From positions 1 through 24,852 of the forward strand of contig NIVC01005145.1 in the NCBI GenBank assembly GCA_002269645.1: a DNA stretch of 24,852 nucleotides. Reading direction: 5' to 3'. Positions 1-10,700 of this stretch are shown here, piece by piece. The DNA comes from Macrostomum lignano (lineage: Eukaryota). Position 1 is the first letter of the stretch. Each line of letters begins with the position of its first letter. The translations under genes and the position numbers were made by a program. The notes below the pieces were generated by a model. The model searched no databases and was not told the origin of the DNA. It was given only the letters and a program-made list of their open reading frames with translations.

Positions 1-810
1 GGGCTGAGCTCCTGTAGACGGTTGCTGATTCTGAAGAAATTTATCGGAGGCAAGCAGAAACAGGCCTTAGTCTCAGCAGATGAAGCAGTTTAAATCTTTG
101 TTGTATTGGAGAGAAAGTTCTTGCTCATTAGTGATTGTTAGCAGGAGAGTTGCACTACGAGAGGGAATTGCAATCGAGAGGAGAATTGCACTCTGAGAGG
201 GGAATTGCACCCGAGAGGGGAATTGCAATCTGAGAGGGGAATTGCACTCCGATAGGGGAATTGCACTCCGAGAAAGTAATGCTCACCAAGAGCGGAATTG
301 CAACACCGCCGCGAGAGGGGAATTGTACACCAAGAAGGGAATTGCACACCTAGAGGATAATTGAACACCAAGAGGGGAATTGCACACCTAGAGGATAATT
401 GAACACCAAGAGGGGAATTGCACACCTAGAGGATAATTGAACACCAAGAGGGGAATTGCACACCTAGAGGATAATTGAACACCAAGAGGGAATTGCACAC
501 CTAGAGGATAATTGAACACCAAGAGGGGAATTGCATGCCGAGAAGGGATTACTCACCAAGATACCCTTGCCATCATGGCGGATGCACCGCGACCCGAAAT
601 CAGCTGTGTCGACACTGGGTAACCTATCGAAATTCTTCGACACATCGTCCTTGATGCTCCAGAGAGACTACAGAGCGCGTGGATTTGTTTATTTCTGTGG
701 CCTCACTGGGTGCTGCGGACTGCTCTTCCGACCAAACGTGGGTCGACACCAACTAGATCTCGGCGATCTCGTGATGCTGTCATCAACCGTCGAGAAAAGA
801 CATTTTGTAC
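1..810 (-). CDS. Putative exons of an unidentified gene (707-810, 557-667, 1-30), continuing off the window
   Basis: Phase-consistent chain on the minus strand: CTATCAG|exon 810-707|GTGAGG, 39-nt intron, CTGTAG|exon 667-557 (SLWSIKDDVSKNFDRLPSVDTADFGSRCIRHDGKGIL)|GTGAGT, repeat-filled intron 31-556, TTCTTCAG|NQQPSTGAQP. No family recognised and no in-frame start found. Confidence 0.3.
145..535. repeat. 19-bp minisatellite (GAGAGGGGAATTGCACTCC-like) that becomes a 38-bp dimer
   Basis: Direct reading: degenerate 19-20-mers at 145-330, then alternating AAGAGGGGAATTGCACACC / TAGAGGATAATTGAACACC from about 331 to 535. Confidence 0.95.
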
Positions 811-1242
811 CTGATAGAGTTTTTTGCTGATGGAAACGCGACGGAATTTTCACGAGATCAACAAGCAGTTACTTCAGCGGAATTCTGCTTCTGACTGAAT
901 TAATTAGTGTATTTATTTGATACGAACTAGCTACCGATTGTAAAATATCAGCTTCGAAATTTGAGTACTTATTTGGAGCCCCCAAGTGCTCGGCGGGGCA
1001 ATATAATGAATTGAGTTGAACTGCCATAAAATGAAGCTCTGTGACTGCCGGCTTCCTAGCTGATCGCAATAATTTTACGCGGCTCCGAGGGGGAGGCGGA
1101 TGAAGAAAGACCTTCAATGCCCCGTCTTTCAATTCTTGTTTTACGTCTGCAAAAGATGTCAGACTTCTTAACCGCAAATATAAAAGTGCATTTTTGAACA
1201 CTACAGATTGCATCATAAACTTTTGATAGCCCGACCATATCA

Positions 1243-2075
1243 CTCTCAGCCCCATGCCACACTCTCAGCCCCATTCCACACACTCTCAGTCCCATGCCAC
1301 ACTCTCAGCCCCATGCCACACACACTCTCAGTCCCATTCCACACACTCTCAGTCCCATGCCACACTCTCAGCCCCATGCCACACACACTCTCAGCCCCAT
1401 TCCACACACTCTCAGTCCCATGCCACACTCTCAGCCCCATTCCACACACACTCTCAGTCCCATGCCACACTCTCAGCCCCATTCCACACACACTCTCAGC
1501 CCCATGCCACACTCTCAGCCCCATGCCACACACACTCTCAGTCCCATGCCACACTCTCAGCCCCATTCCACACACACTCTCAGCCCCATGCCACACTCTC
1601 AGCCCCATGCCACACTCTCAGCCCCATGCCACACTCTCAGCCCATGCCACACACACTCTCAGCTCCATGCCACACTCTCAGCCCCATGCCACACACACTC
1701 TCAGCTCCATGCCACACTCTCAGCCCCATGCCACACACACTCTCAGCCCCATGCCACACACTCTCAGCCCCATGCCACACACTCTCAGCCCCATGCCACA
1801 CACTCTCAGCCCCATGCCACACACACTCTCAGCCCCATGCCACACACACTCTCAGCCCCATGCCAAACACACTCTCAGTCCCATGCCACACACACTCTCA
1901 GCCCCATTCCACACACACTCTCAGTCCCATTCCACACACACTCTCAGTCCCATGCCACACACACTCTCAGCCCCATGCCAAACACACTCTCAGCCCCATG
2001 CCACACTCTCAGTCCCATGCCACACTCTCAGCCCCATGCCACACTCTCAGCCCCATGCCACACTCTCAGCCCATG
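1243..2075. repeat. Minisatellite CACTCTCAG(C/T)CCCAT(G/T)CCA(CA)n, unit about 20-24 bp
   Basis: Constant core with a variable CA tract; explains ORFs 1208-2149, 1254-2093, 1294-2166, 1246-1608 and 1637-1822. Confidence 0.97.
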
Positions 2076-2419
2076 CCAAACATGGCAAGGTAAAAGAAAA
2101 GACAAAAGAACATTGCCAGATGCATGCAAGGCGGTACATTTTGCTTTAATTTTAAGCCTATTGTAAACCAAGCACTTTTCGTTTCGTTTTTAATTTATAG
2201 AACAATAAAAAATTTAGAATTTCAAAATAGCCGAATAGCTCAAAAGGTGTGAAAACTGCAAAATCGAAGTTTGCATTAGATAGAAAAGAAAAGTGAATTG
2301 TTTTTTCATTCGGTTGCTGGATAAGGACAGCTGGAGTTTTGCATAGGATGAGTTTTAAAAAAAACAATCTGAGCAGAAATGACAAGCTAATCGATGGCTT
2401 TAGAGAAATTCATTATTAT

Positions 2420-2605
2420 TGGCCAGCTGATTGGATTGGCTTGCGCCTGGGGTATCCCAGTGTTGATGCTATTTTTAGCTATTTATATAAATTGACGGTG
2501 TCCTTATTGGCTAGAAAAAAATGGTGAGCACATGGGAATTCCTACTAAAGCTATTAATAGAAACAAAACCCGCCACAGGAATCCCTACTGAAGCTATTAA
2601 TAGCA
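2420..2605. promoter_or_regulatory. Possible promoter-like cluster (CCAAT boxes, GC box)
   Basis: GATTGGATTGG near 2428, TATTGGCT near 2504, CCCGCC near 2568, and a short local duplication of GGAAT(T/C)CCTACT(A/G)AAGCTATTAATAG. Motif matches only. Confidence 0.2.
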
Positions 2606-2828
2606 ACAAAATCCGTAACGGCAAAGCCTTGGCTTTAGTTTAAAAAACAGCAGCACCACCTGAAAACGACGATATCAATAAATAGTAAGGAAAATAGTTT
2701 TTTGCATGATTAATAAACAATTTTGCGAGCGAACCGGGGATAACTTATAGTAATAATATTAAAATTTGAGTGCAATAGAAAACACGTATTGGAATCGGGT
2801 GCCGAAATTCTTGGTTAAATTTGCCATT

Positions 2829-2834
2829 TTTATT
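2829..2834 (-). promoter_or_regulatory. Polyadenylation signal AATAAA of the prosaposin-like gene
   Basis: TTTATT on the plus strand, about 57 nt after the TAA stop at 2891. Confidence 0.6.
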
Positions 2835-2890
2835 GAGTTCAATGTTGAAAATCTGCGACAAAATTATTTATCAAATTCCATGACAAATCC

Positions 2891-2998
2891 TTAAATCAGC
2901 GGCTCCTCACGCCGGCGCATCTCAACCATGTCGTTGGCGCGGTAGCGCAGGCTGGCGCGGAAAGCGGCAGCCGACGACTTCGGGCACAGGCCGATGGT
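2891..2998 (-). CDS. PSAP: Prosaposin-like exon 6 (end of SapB5 and C-terminal tail, stop)
   Basis: CATTCTAG|TIGLCPKSSAAAFRASLRYRANDMVEMRRREEPLI*; supplies the sixth Cys of SapB5. Confidence 0.85.
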   Translation of the reverse strand, partial: TIGLCPKSSAAAFRASLRYRANDMVEMRRREEPLI

Positions 2999-5900
2999 CT
3001 AGAATGGCCGGAGAAGGCTTAGGCTTGAATAAACAGCGCAGCGATTTGCTTTCCGTGTTATAAGTTGGAGAGTTGAGGGGCAGGAAGGGACGGGAGTGAG
3101 GTGGGTGACTGGCTGGAGAGTTGAGGGGAAGGAAGGGACGGGAGTGAGGTGGGTGACTGGCTGGAGAGTTGAGGGGCAGGAAGGGACGGGAGTGAGGTGG
3201 GTGACTGGCTGGAGAGTTGAGGGGAAGGAAGGGACGGGAGTGAGGTGGGTGACTGGCTGGAGAGTTGAGGGGCAGGAAGGGACGGGAGTGAGGTGGGTGA
3301 CTGGCTGGAGAGCTGAGGGGCAGGAAGGGACGGGAGTGAGCAGGGCAGGATGAGGGGCAGCAGGGACGGGAGTGAGCAGCGAGGCTAACTGAGTCGAACA
3401 CACAAACCGCAGCGCACCTGGCAGATCTGTTTCGGATCAACGTCCTGCATGAGCAGCTGGATGATGTAGGGCGTGTACTGCTCGATGAAGGAGCGGCAGG
3501 CCGATTGCTCCTGTGTTGGCATGAAGTTGCACACCTTCTCCAGCACGTCCATCACCTCCTTCTCGGTGGCATTTTCCTTCAGCAGCGACTTCACGTAGAG
3601 AATGACAGTCTGGCAGATGTCACAGCCGGTGGTCGAGGCGAGCACGGTGGAGGAACTGAGCAGACGCTCAGAGTCGCCGGCGCAGAGGCCCATGACGCTG
3701 CAGACCATGGCCGGGTTGAGGTCCTGGCTGAGCAGCTGCAGCACGATCGGGGTGTACTGCCGCACCCAGGCGTCGCAGTCGGTTCTAAGGGTCTGCGGCA
3801 TGATGGAGCAGACAGACTCCAGCGCGGACTGGATGGCCTCCTCGGTGCGGTTGCTGCCCAGCATCTGGTCCAGCTCCCGGATGATGTACTCGCACAGCAC
3901 GCACTGCGGCCCGATGCGGGCGCGCCTCGGGGCGGCGGTACTGTCGGTTTTGCCGCAGGCGCCCAACGCCTGGCAGACGGTGTTAGGATCGAGCTCAGAG
4001 GCCAGCAGCTGGAAGATAATTGGCCCGTACTCGGTGACCGCCCTGATGCACTGGAAGGCAGCAGAAGAAATTTTAGGATCTGATATAATCAAGGAGATCT
4101 TCGCCGTAAATCTAGCATTGAAACCATCGATTCCGAGGATTGGAAACAAATACTGTGCGATCGCTACTTGTAGTAGCAAAATTGACTATTTACGCTCGTA
4201 ATATTTTTTATAATTGATAATTTTATTACAACTGCGATTCGGTATCATTTAAGAGCTGAAATTTGGTGCCATTCAAAGGTGAAATTAGGCATAACTTAGA
4301 GGCGAAATTATAAATCATTTAGAGGTGAAATTAGATATAATTCAGAGCTGAGATTCGGGATCAATCAGAGCAGAGATTCGGGATCAATCAGAGCAGAGAT
4401 TCGGGATCAATCAGAGCTAAGATTCGGGATCATTCAGAGCAGAGATTCGGGATCATTCAGAGCTGAGATTCGGGATCAATCAGAGCTGAGATTCGGGATC
4501 AATCAGAGCAGAGATTCGGGATCAATCAGAGCAGAGATTCGGGATCATTCAGAGCTGAGATTCGGGATCATTCAGAGCAGAGATTCGGGATCATTCAGAG
4601 CTGAGATTCGGGATCATTCAGAGCTGAGATTCGGGATCAACCAGAGCTGAGATTCGGGATCAATCAGAGCTGATATTCGGGATCATTCAGAGCTGAGATT
4701 CGGGATCAACCAGAGCTGAGATTCGGGATCAATCAGAGCTGAGATTCGGGATCAATCAGAGCAGAGATTCGGGATCATTCAGAGCTGAGATTCGGGATCA
4801 TTCAGAGCAGAGATTCGGGATCATTCAGAGCTGAGACTCGGGATCATTCAGAGCTGAGATTCGGGATCATTCAGAGCTGAGATTCGGGATCAACCAGAGC
4901 TGAGATTCGGGATCAATCAGAGCTGATATTCGGGATCATTCAGAGCTGAGATTCGGGATCAACCAGAGCTGAGATTCGGGATCAATCAGAGCTGAGATTC
5001 GGGATCAATTAGAGCAGAGATTCGGGATCATTCAGAGCTGAGATTCGGGATCATTCAGAGCAGAGATTCGGGATCATTCAGAGCTGAGATTCGGGATCAT
5101 TCAGAGCTGAGATTCGGGATCATTCAGAGCTAAGATGCGGGATCATTCAGAGCTAAGATGCGGGATCATTCAGAGCTAAGATTCGGGATCATTCAGAGCT
5201 AAGATTCGGGATCATTCAGAGCTGAGATTCGGGATCATTCAGAGCTGAGATTCAGGATCAATCAGAGCAGAGATTCGGGATCAACCAGAGCTGAGATTCG
5301 GGATCAATCAGAGCTGAGATTCGGGATCATTCAGAGCTAAGATGCGGGATCATTCAGAGCTAAGATTCGGGATCATTCAGAGCCGATATTCGGGATCATT
5401 CAGAGCCGATATTCGGGATCAATCAGAGCAGAGATTCGGGATCAATCAGAGCAGAGATTCGGGATCATTCAGAGCTAAGATTCGGGATCATTCAGAGCAG
5501 AGATTCGGGATCATTCAGAGCTGAGATTCGGGATCATTCAGAGCTGAGATTCGGGATCATTCAGAGCTAAGATGCGGGATCATTCAGAGCTAAGATGCGG
5601 GATCATTCAGAGCTGAGATTCGGGATCAATCAGAGCTGAGATTCGGGATCAATCAGAGCTGATATTCGGGATCATTCAGAGCTGAGATTCGGGATCAACC
5701 AGAGCTGAGATTCGGGATCAATCAGAGCAGAGATTCGGGATCATTCAGAGCTAAGATTCGGGATCAATCAGAGATGAGATTCGGGATCAATCAGAGCTGA
5801 GATTCGGGATCATTCAGAGCTGAGATTCGGGATCATTCAGAGCTGAGATTCGGGATCAATCAGAGCTGAGATTCGGGATCAATCAGAGCTGATATTCGGG

Positions 5901-8900
5901 ATCAATCAGAGATGAGATTCGGGATCAACCAGAGCTGAGATTCGGGATCATTCAGAGCTGAGATTCGGGATCAATCAGAGCTGAGATTCGGGATCAATCA
6001 GAGCAGAGATTCGGGATCAATCAGAGCTGAGATTCGGGATCAATCAGAGCAGAGATTCGGGATCATTCAGAGCTAAGATTCGGGATCAACCAGAGCTGAG
6101 ATTCGGGATCAATCAGAGCAGAGATTCGGGATCAATCAGAGCTGAGATTTGGGATCAATCAGAGCTGAGATTCGGGATCAATCAGAGCTGAGATTCGGGA
6201 TCAATCAGAGCTGAGATTCGGGATCAATCAGAGATGAGATTCGGGATCAACCAGAGCTGAGATTCGGGATCAATCAGAGCAGAGATTCGGGATCAATCAG
6301 AGCTGAGATTCGGGATCAATCAGAGCTGAGATTCGGGATCAACCAGAGCTGAGATTCGGGATCAATCAGAGCTGAGATTCGGGATCAATCAGAGCTGAGA
6401 TTCGGGATCAATCAGAGCTGAGATTCGGGATCATTCAGAGCTGAGATTCGGGATCAATCAGAGCTGAGATTCGGGATCAATCAGAGCTGAGATTCGGGAT
6501 CATTCAGAGCCGATATTCTGAACTCCGAGTCGCTCACCTTGTCCTTCTCGGCGGGCACGAGATTGCAGACGCGGTTCTTGACGAATTCGATGATCTCCTC
6601 TTGAGTCCGATTGTCGCGGATCATCTGCCGCGCCTCGGACACGAGCATCTCGCACACCTGGCATTCGACGTCCTTCAGCGGCTTCTGGGCGGTGCGCTTG
6701 ATGAATTAGAAAATTAAATTTTGTAAATAAATATTTTAGTATATATTATATCGTTCATTTAACAAACTGATGCTAATTATTAAACCTCGCTAGTTCTGGC
6801 AACCAGGGCTCACAAGTCAAGTGGGTAATGTTTATGCTATCAGCACTGACCTGGAGCAGCATCAGCTGCATCAACGGATGAGGCTGCAGTTTTCCGTTGG
6901 CGGCGGCTGCTGACTGACAAAATTTGATGCTAGTGCAAATCTGCTTCGGCTCCTGGTCAGGTGAGAGTGGAGATGAAACTGCAGATTAGTTATTTATTTA
7001 CTTCGTGGCAATAAACAGAGCTTTGCGAAAATGGGACCAGCATCACCGATATTCGAAATAGCGTTTATCATCAGGCCTTGATAGTCTCTCTGGGTTGAAA
7101 ATCAAGCACCTGTCGCCATCTTTTTAAAAGCCTTACAAACATTGATTTCAACCTCATTTAGCTACCAGAGGCCTCACAAACTTGACATTTAGCTACCAGA
7201 GACCTCACAAACTTGACATCTAGCTACCAGAGGCCTCACAAACTTGACATTTAGCTACCAGAGACCTCACAAACTTGACATCTAGCTACCAGAGGCCTCA
7301 CAAACTTCATCTAGCTATCAGAGGCCTCACAAACTTGACATCTAGCTACCAGAGGCCTCACAAACTTGACATCTACTCGTAGCTACCAGAGGCCTCACAA
7401 ACTTCATCCAGCTACCAGAGGCCTCATAAACTTGACATCTAGCTACCAGAGGCCTCACAAACTTGACATCTAGCTACCAGAGGCCTCACAAACTTGACAT
7501 TTAGCTACCAGAGACCTCACAAACTTGACATCTAGCTACCAGAGGCCTCACAAACTTCATCTAGCTATCAGAGGCCTCACAAACTTGACATCTAGCTACC
7601 AGAGGCCTCACAAACTTGACATCTACTCGTAGCTACCAGAGGCCTCACAAACTTCATCCAGCTACCAGAGGCCTCACAAACTATATCTAGCTACCAGAGG
7701 CCTCATAAACTTCATCTAGCTACCAGAGGCCTCACAAACTATGTCTAGCTACCAGAGGCCTCACAAACTTGACATCTAGCTACCAGAGGCCTCACAAACT
7801 TTATCTAGCTACCAGAGGCCTCACAAACTTGACATCTAGCTACCAGAGTCTTTTGATACCAAATTGCCTTTAACCGTCACTTTTATATAGCGCAAATCTT
7901 CCACCAATCGTTCGAACTCACAATTTTGGCGGCCAGCGAGCGCATCACCTCAGGCAGGTAGGTGTCAACCCACATGTTGCACAGAGACTGCGAGCCGCCC
8001 AGCCGGGCACAAACTTCCGTCTTCATCGCCTGGGCAACCTCCGCAATGGTGGACTGTCGCTGGGCCGCCTGCTTCACGGCACCCACCAGTTCAACGCAGA
8101 GGTCGCAGAATTCGCCGCTGAGGCGGGTGGCAGACGCGGCCAGGTTGGGTCGACGAGCCGGGGCTTCGGGCACGACGGGCTCGCCGCGCAGCAGCAGCGG
8201 AGTCTCAGCGGCAGCGGCTGTCAGCCGAGGATCCCGACGGCCGGTACCGCACAGGCTGAGCGCCGGGCAGAGCCGGTCGGCTGGCAGGCCGTCGCGGAAC
8301 AGGGCAACGATCTCCGGCATGTAGTTGCTGACAATTGCCAAGCAGATGGAGCGGTGGCGCGGCTCTGGCACAAGGCCGCAGGCGGAGGCGGCCAGACGCT
8401 GCGTCTCGGCTGGCGAGGCCGTCCGGTTGCTCAGCGTCAGGCGCTGCAGATCGCTGGCCAGCAGGCGGCAGAAGCCGCAGTCTCCATTGGCGTCAGACAG
8501 GCTGCCACTGCCGCCTCGCTGGCCACTGGATGGGGCGGCAGCTGTGCGCCAAATGCGGCCGCAGTAACCAACAGAGCTGCATTCTTTCACAGTGCCCAGG
8601 TGGGTGCACCAGTAGCTGGGGCCCCAGGTGCACCGGTTTTGGCCTAGGAGGATTGCTAAATTTAAAAGGATAGAAAAAAGAGGAGAGTGAGAATTAGTAG
8701 TGAAATTGACACTTGAAAGTTGGCATTTGATGCAGTTGTACCATATAGAACCTTGATTTGTATTTTTAAAACCAATTCTAAATAATACTACAAATTTAGT
8801 GATTTTTTAAGATTTCAAGGCTTATGGGACATTGCTAAGATGTCAAGGGGGTTGATATGCTAAGGCTTGTGGGGGGATTTTCTGACATGTCAAGGCTTAC

Positions 8901-9578
8901 AATGTATAACTTGTACTGCATTTTTTTGGCTCCCCAACAGGCGCTGATTGCTAGTATGCTACTAATCATATAATTTATTCTTATTATTTGCACATGACCA
9001 AGATGGCCACATACCATGATGGCCACAGCTCTAAATGTCTAAATAGATAATTATAAGCCTTGGTCTATATATTTCATTTATTTCCTATTGGTAGTAATTT
9101 GTATTAGATATAGATCAAAAAGTCTTAAAGAGATAGATGCTATTATAATAAAATTATTACATTATAAATATTCCCTTTGGCTTAAGCTTTTATTGTAGCC
9201 TGATCTATAGATATTTATCCATTAAATAAAGCAAGTAGCCTAGGCTTTAGGCCCTAGCACAAAATAAATACCTTGTTGCATATTGATTACATTTTTGCAT
9301 AGCATTTTTTATGAATATGATTGATTAAACATGATTAATATAATAATTACCATTAGGTTGCAAATTAATAGGCCCTAGTATATACAGAGTAAATAATAAT
9401 AGAGATTCAATTTTGCAGTCATCTTGGTATGTGGCCATCTTGGCCTTAAACCAATAATGGTAATGATCAACGATCAACAGCACACATCAAGTTTTGAGAA
9501 TTTGAAAAATTAGTAAAAATTACCTGCTGTTGACTCCACAGCGAGTATCAAAAGACCTAATGAGAACAACACTCGCAT
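2891..9578 (-). CDS. PSAP: Prosaposin-like protein, 6 coding exons, 592 aa (signal peptide, SapA, 5 x SapB)
   Basis: complement(join(2891-2998,3418-4050,6538-6696,6851-6952,7922-8643,9524-9578)) = 1779 nt, all GT-AG and in frame. Signal peptide MRVLFSLGLLILAVESTAG; SapA motif CTWGPSYWC..C..C..W; five CxxC..C..C..Y.P..C...C saposin B folds. Confidence 0.93.
3067..3375. repeat. 48-bp G-rich minisatellite (about 6 copies) in prosaposin intron 5
   Basis: GGAGAGTTGAGGGG(C/A)AGGAAGGGACGGGAGTGAGGTGGGTGACTGGCT at 3067, 3115, 3163, 3211, 3259 and 3307; the C/A variants alternate. Confidence 0.97.
3418..4050 (-). CDS. PSAP: Prosaposin-like exon 5 (SapB3 end, SapB4, most of SapB5)
   Basis: CCTTCCAG|CIRAVTEYGP...DPKQICQ|GTGCGC; 633 nt, phase 0-0; part of ORF 3385-4179. 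Confidence 0.95.
4341..6518. repeat. 23-bp satellite CAGAGC(T/A)GAGATTCGGGATCA(A/T)T, about 95 copies, in prosaposin intron 4
   Basis: Direct periodicity of 23 nt, no spacers. Confidence 0.98.
6538..6696 (-). CDS. PSAP: Prosaposin-like exon 4 (N-terminal half of SapB3); absent from the ORF track
   Basis: CATCAAG|RTAQKPLKDVECQVCEMLVSEARQMIRDNRTQEEIIEFVKNRVCNLVPAEKDK|GTGAGC; 159 nt. Confidence 0.93.
6851..6952 (-). CDS. PSAP: Prosaposin-like exon 3 (end of SapB2 and linker)
   Basis: GACCAG|EPKQICTSIKFCQSAAAANGKLQPHPLMQLMLLQ|GTCAGT; 102 nt; supplies the last two Cys of SapB2. Confidence 0.88.
7159..7848. repeat. 31-bp minisatellite TAGCTACCAGAGGCCTCACAAACTTGACATC (about 23 copies) in prosaposin intron 2
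   Basis: Direct reading; 29-bp variants and a 250-bp internal duplication. Confidence 0.97.
7922..8643 (-). CDS. PSAP: Prosaposin-like exon 2 (SapA, SapB1, most of SapB2)
   Basis: CTCCTAG|(G)QNRCTWGPSYWCTHLGTVKECSSVGYCGRIW...LAAKI|GTGAGT; 722 nt; overlaps ORF 7883-8590. Confidence 0.93.
8996..9445. mobile_element. Possible MITE-like element with 28-bp imperfect terminal inverted repeats in prosaposin intron 1
   Basis: 8996-9023 GACCAAGATGGCCACATACCATGATGGC matches the reverse complement of 9418-9445 at 25 of 28 positions; AT-rich interior; no clear target-site duplication. Confidence 0.4.
9524..9578 (-). CDS. PSAP: Prosaposin-like exon 1 (signal peptide)
   Basis: ATG at 9578, MRVLFSLGLLILAVESTA+G|GTAATT; the phase-1 junction matches exon 2. 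Confidence 0.85.
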
Positions 9579-10578
9579 TGCAAACAAAAGAAGTTGAAGT
9601 TTTCACAGATAAAATGTTAATGCAATTGAATAACCTGGTGGTGAAATAGAAATTAAAGTGTAAAAATTCCACTTTTACGAACAATTTAAAGTGGGTGATA
9701 GGTAACAGAATTGTCACGTGATAAAATATGTTAACATATGAAACTTGTAGTTTTTAATTGAATAGTTGTAGTCGAATAATTTGACTATTCCTTCACTAAA
9801 TACCGTTTTCGAACTTAGATTTAGGAATATTCGAAGAGAATTTGTTGTACTCTTAAAAATGCAAAATCAAAACCGTCGACATTATAAATACTTAATTGCT
9901 CTTGTACATGTTGATGGATGTAGTAAATAATATGAGAGTCGTTTAGTATAGTGAATTTTTGTTTTTGTATTCTTTAAATTTTTCTAGGGGGATTAATATA
10001 GTATAGCTCAATGATATTTTAAAGCCAAAGAAAACGACACTGCGGCAAATACTTCCCGTTGCACTTGGAGATGGGAATCGGTCCAAAGGGAGTGGAAAAT
10101 ATGTACTGTGGAAAATGATGACTATTTGTACTGATTCTTTATCTAGATTACAGCAATGACTTTCAGTTAAGTACACGAGACTTCCACCACAATTCTCCTC
10201 GCCTGTTCATGCAGGCCCTTCGACTACTCACCCCCATCTGATCCCATTCCGGAAAGGCTTGCCACCTCTACTTACCGTTCAGTTTGCATGTTTGACTAGC
10301 TTCGATATCTTTTTAACTTTCTTCTTGCTAACATTTCTATCTCACTCTCTCCCCAGAAAATCAGGGGGTGATAGAAGAGTGATACGTGTAGACTATGGAA
10401 AGGATAGAAAGTATACTGTGGCAGCTCATGAGACTACGGTTATTGTCAGTCCATCTGTTTCTCGAGCTGGACTAGCATTCAGCAAAAACGAGTACAGACA
10501 TCGAGTCTAACAAGCTACATCTGATCAAATTAGCAGAGAGCTACCAATAGGGACTATCTGTAGTATAGGGACTATAGG

Positions 10579-10629
10579 GACATACAGACAGACAGACATA
10601 CAGACAGACAGAGACAGACAGACAAACAG

Positions 10630-10677
<48 letters not shown>

Positions 10678-10700
10678 CTAAGACAGACAGGCAGACAGGC
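10579..10700. repeat. (GACA)n microsatellite
   Basis: Direct reading. Confidence 0.95.

Noticed and set aside
869-1255. 128-aa minus-strand ORF
   Set aside because: AT-rich codon usage unlike the confirmed genes, starts in the repeat edge, no recognisable motif, and could not be spliced convincingly to the 810-557 exons. Not fully excluded.
1208-2166. His/Pro/Ser/Thr-rich ORFs of 279-313 aa
   Set aside because: The repeat is stop-free in several frames and unit lengths are not multiples of three, so there is no coding constraint.
3505-4201. Plus-strand ORFs over prosaposin, ORP and TCF19 exons (also 7962-8673, 12473-13039, 15210-15434, 20902-22158)
   Set aside because: Antisense shadows of GC-rich coding exons.
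4341-6518. CRISPR-like appearance of the 23-, 31-, 35- and 48-bp arrays
   Set aside because: Units are head-to-tail with no unique spacers, there are no cas genes, and several arrays lie in eukaryotic introns.
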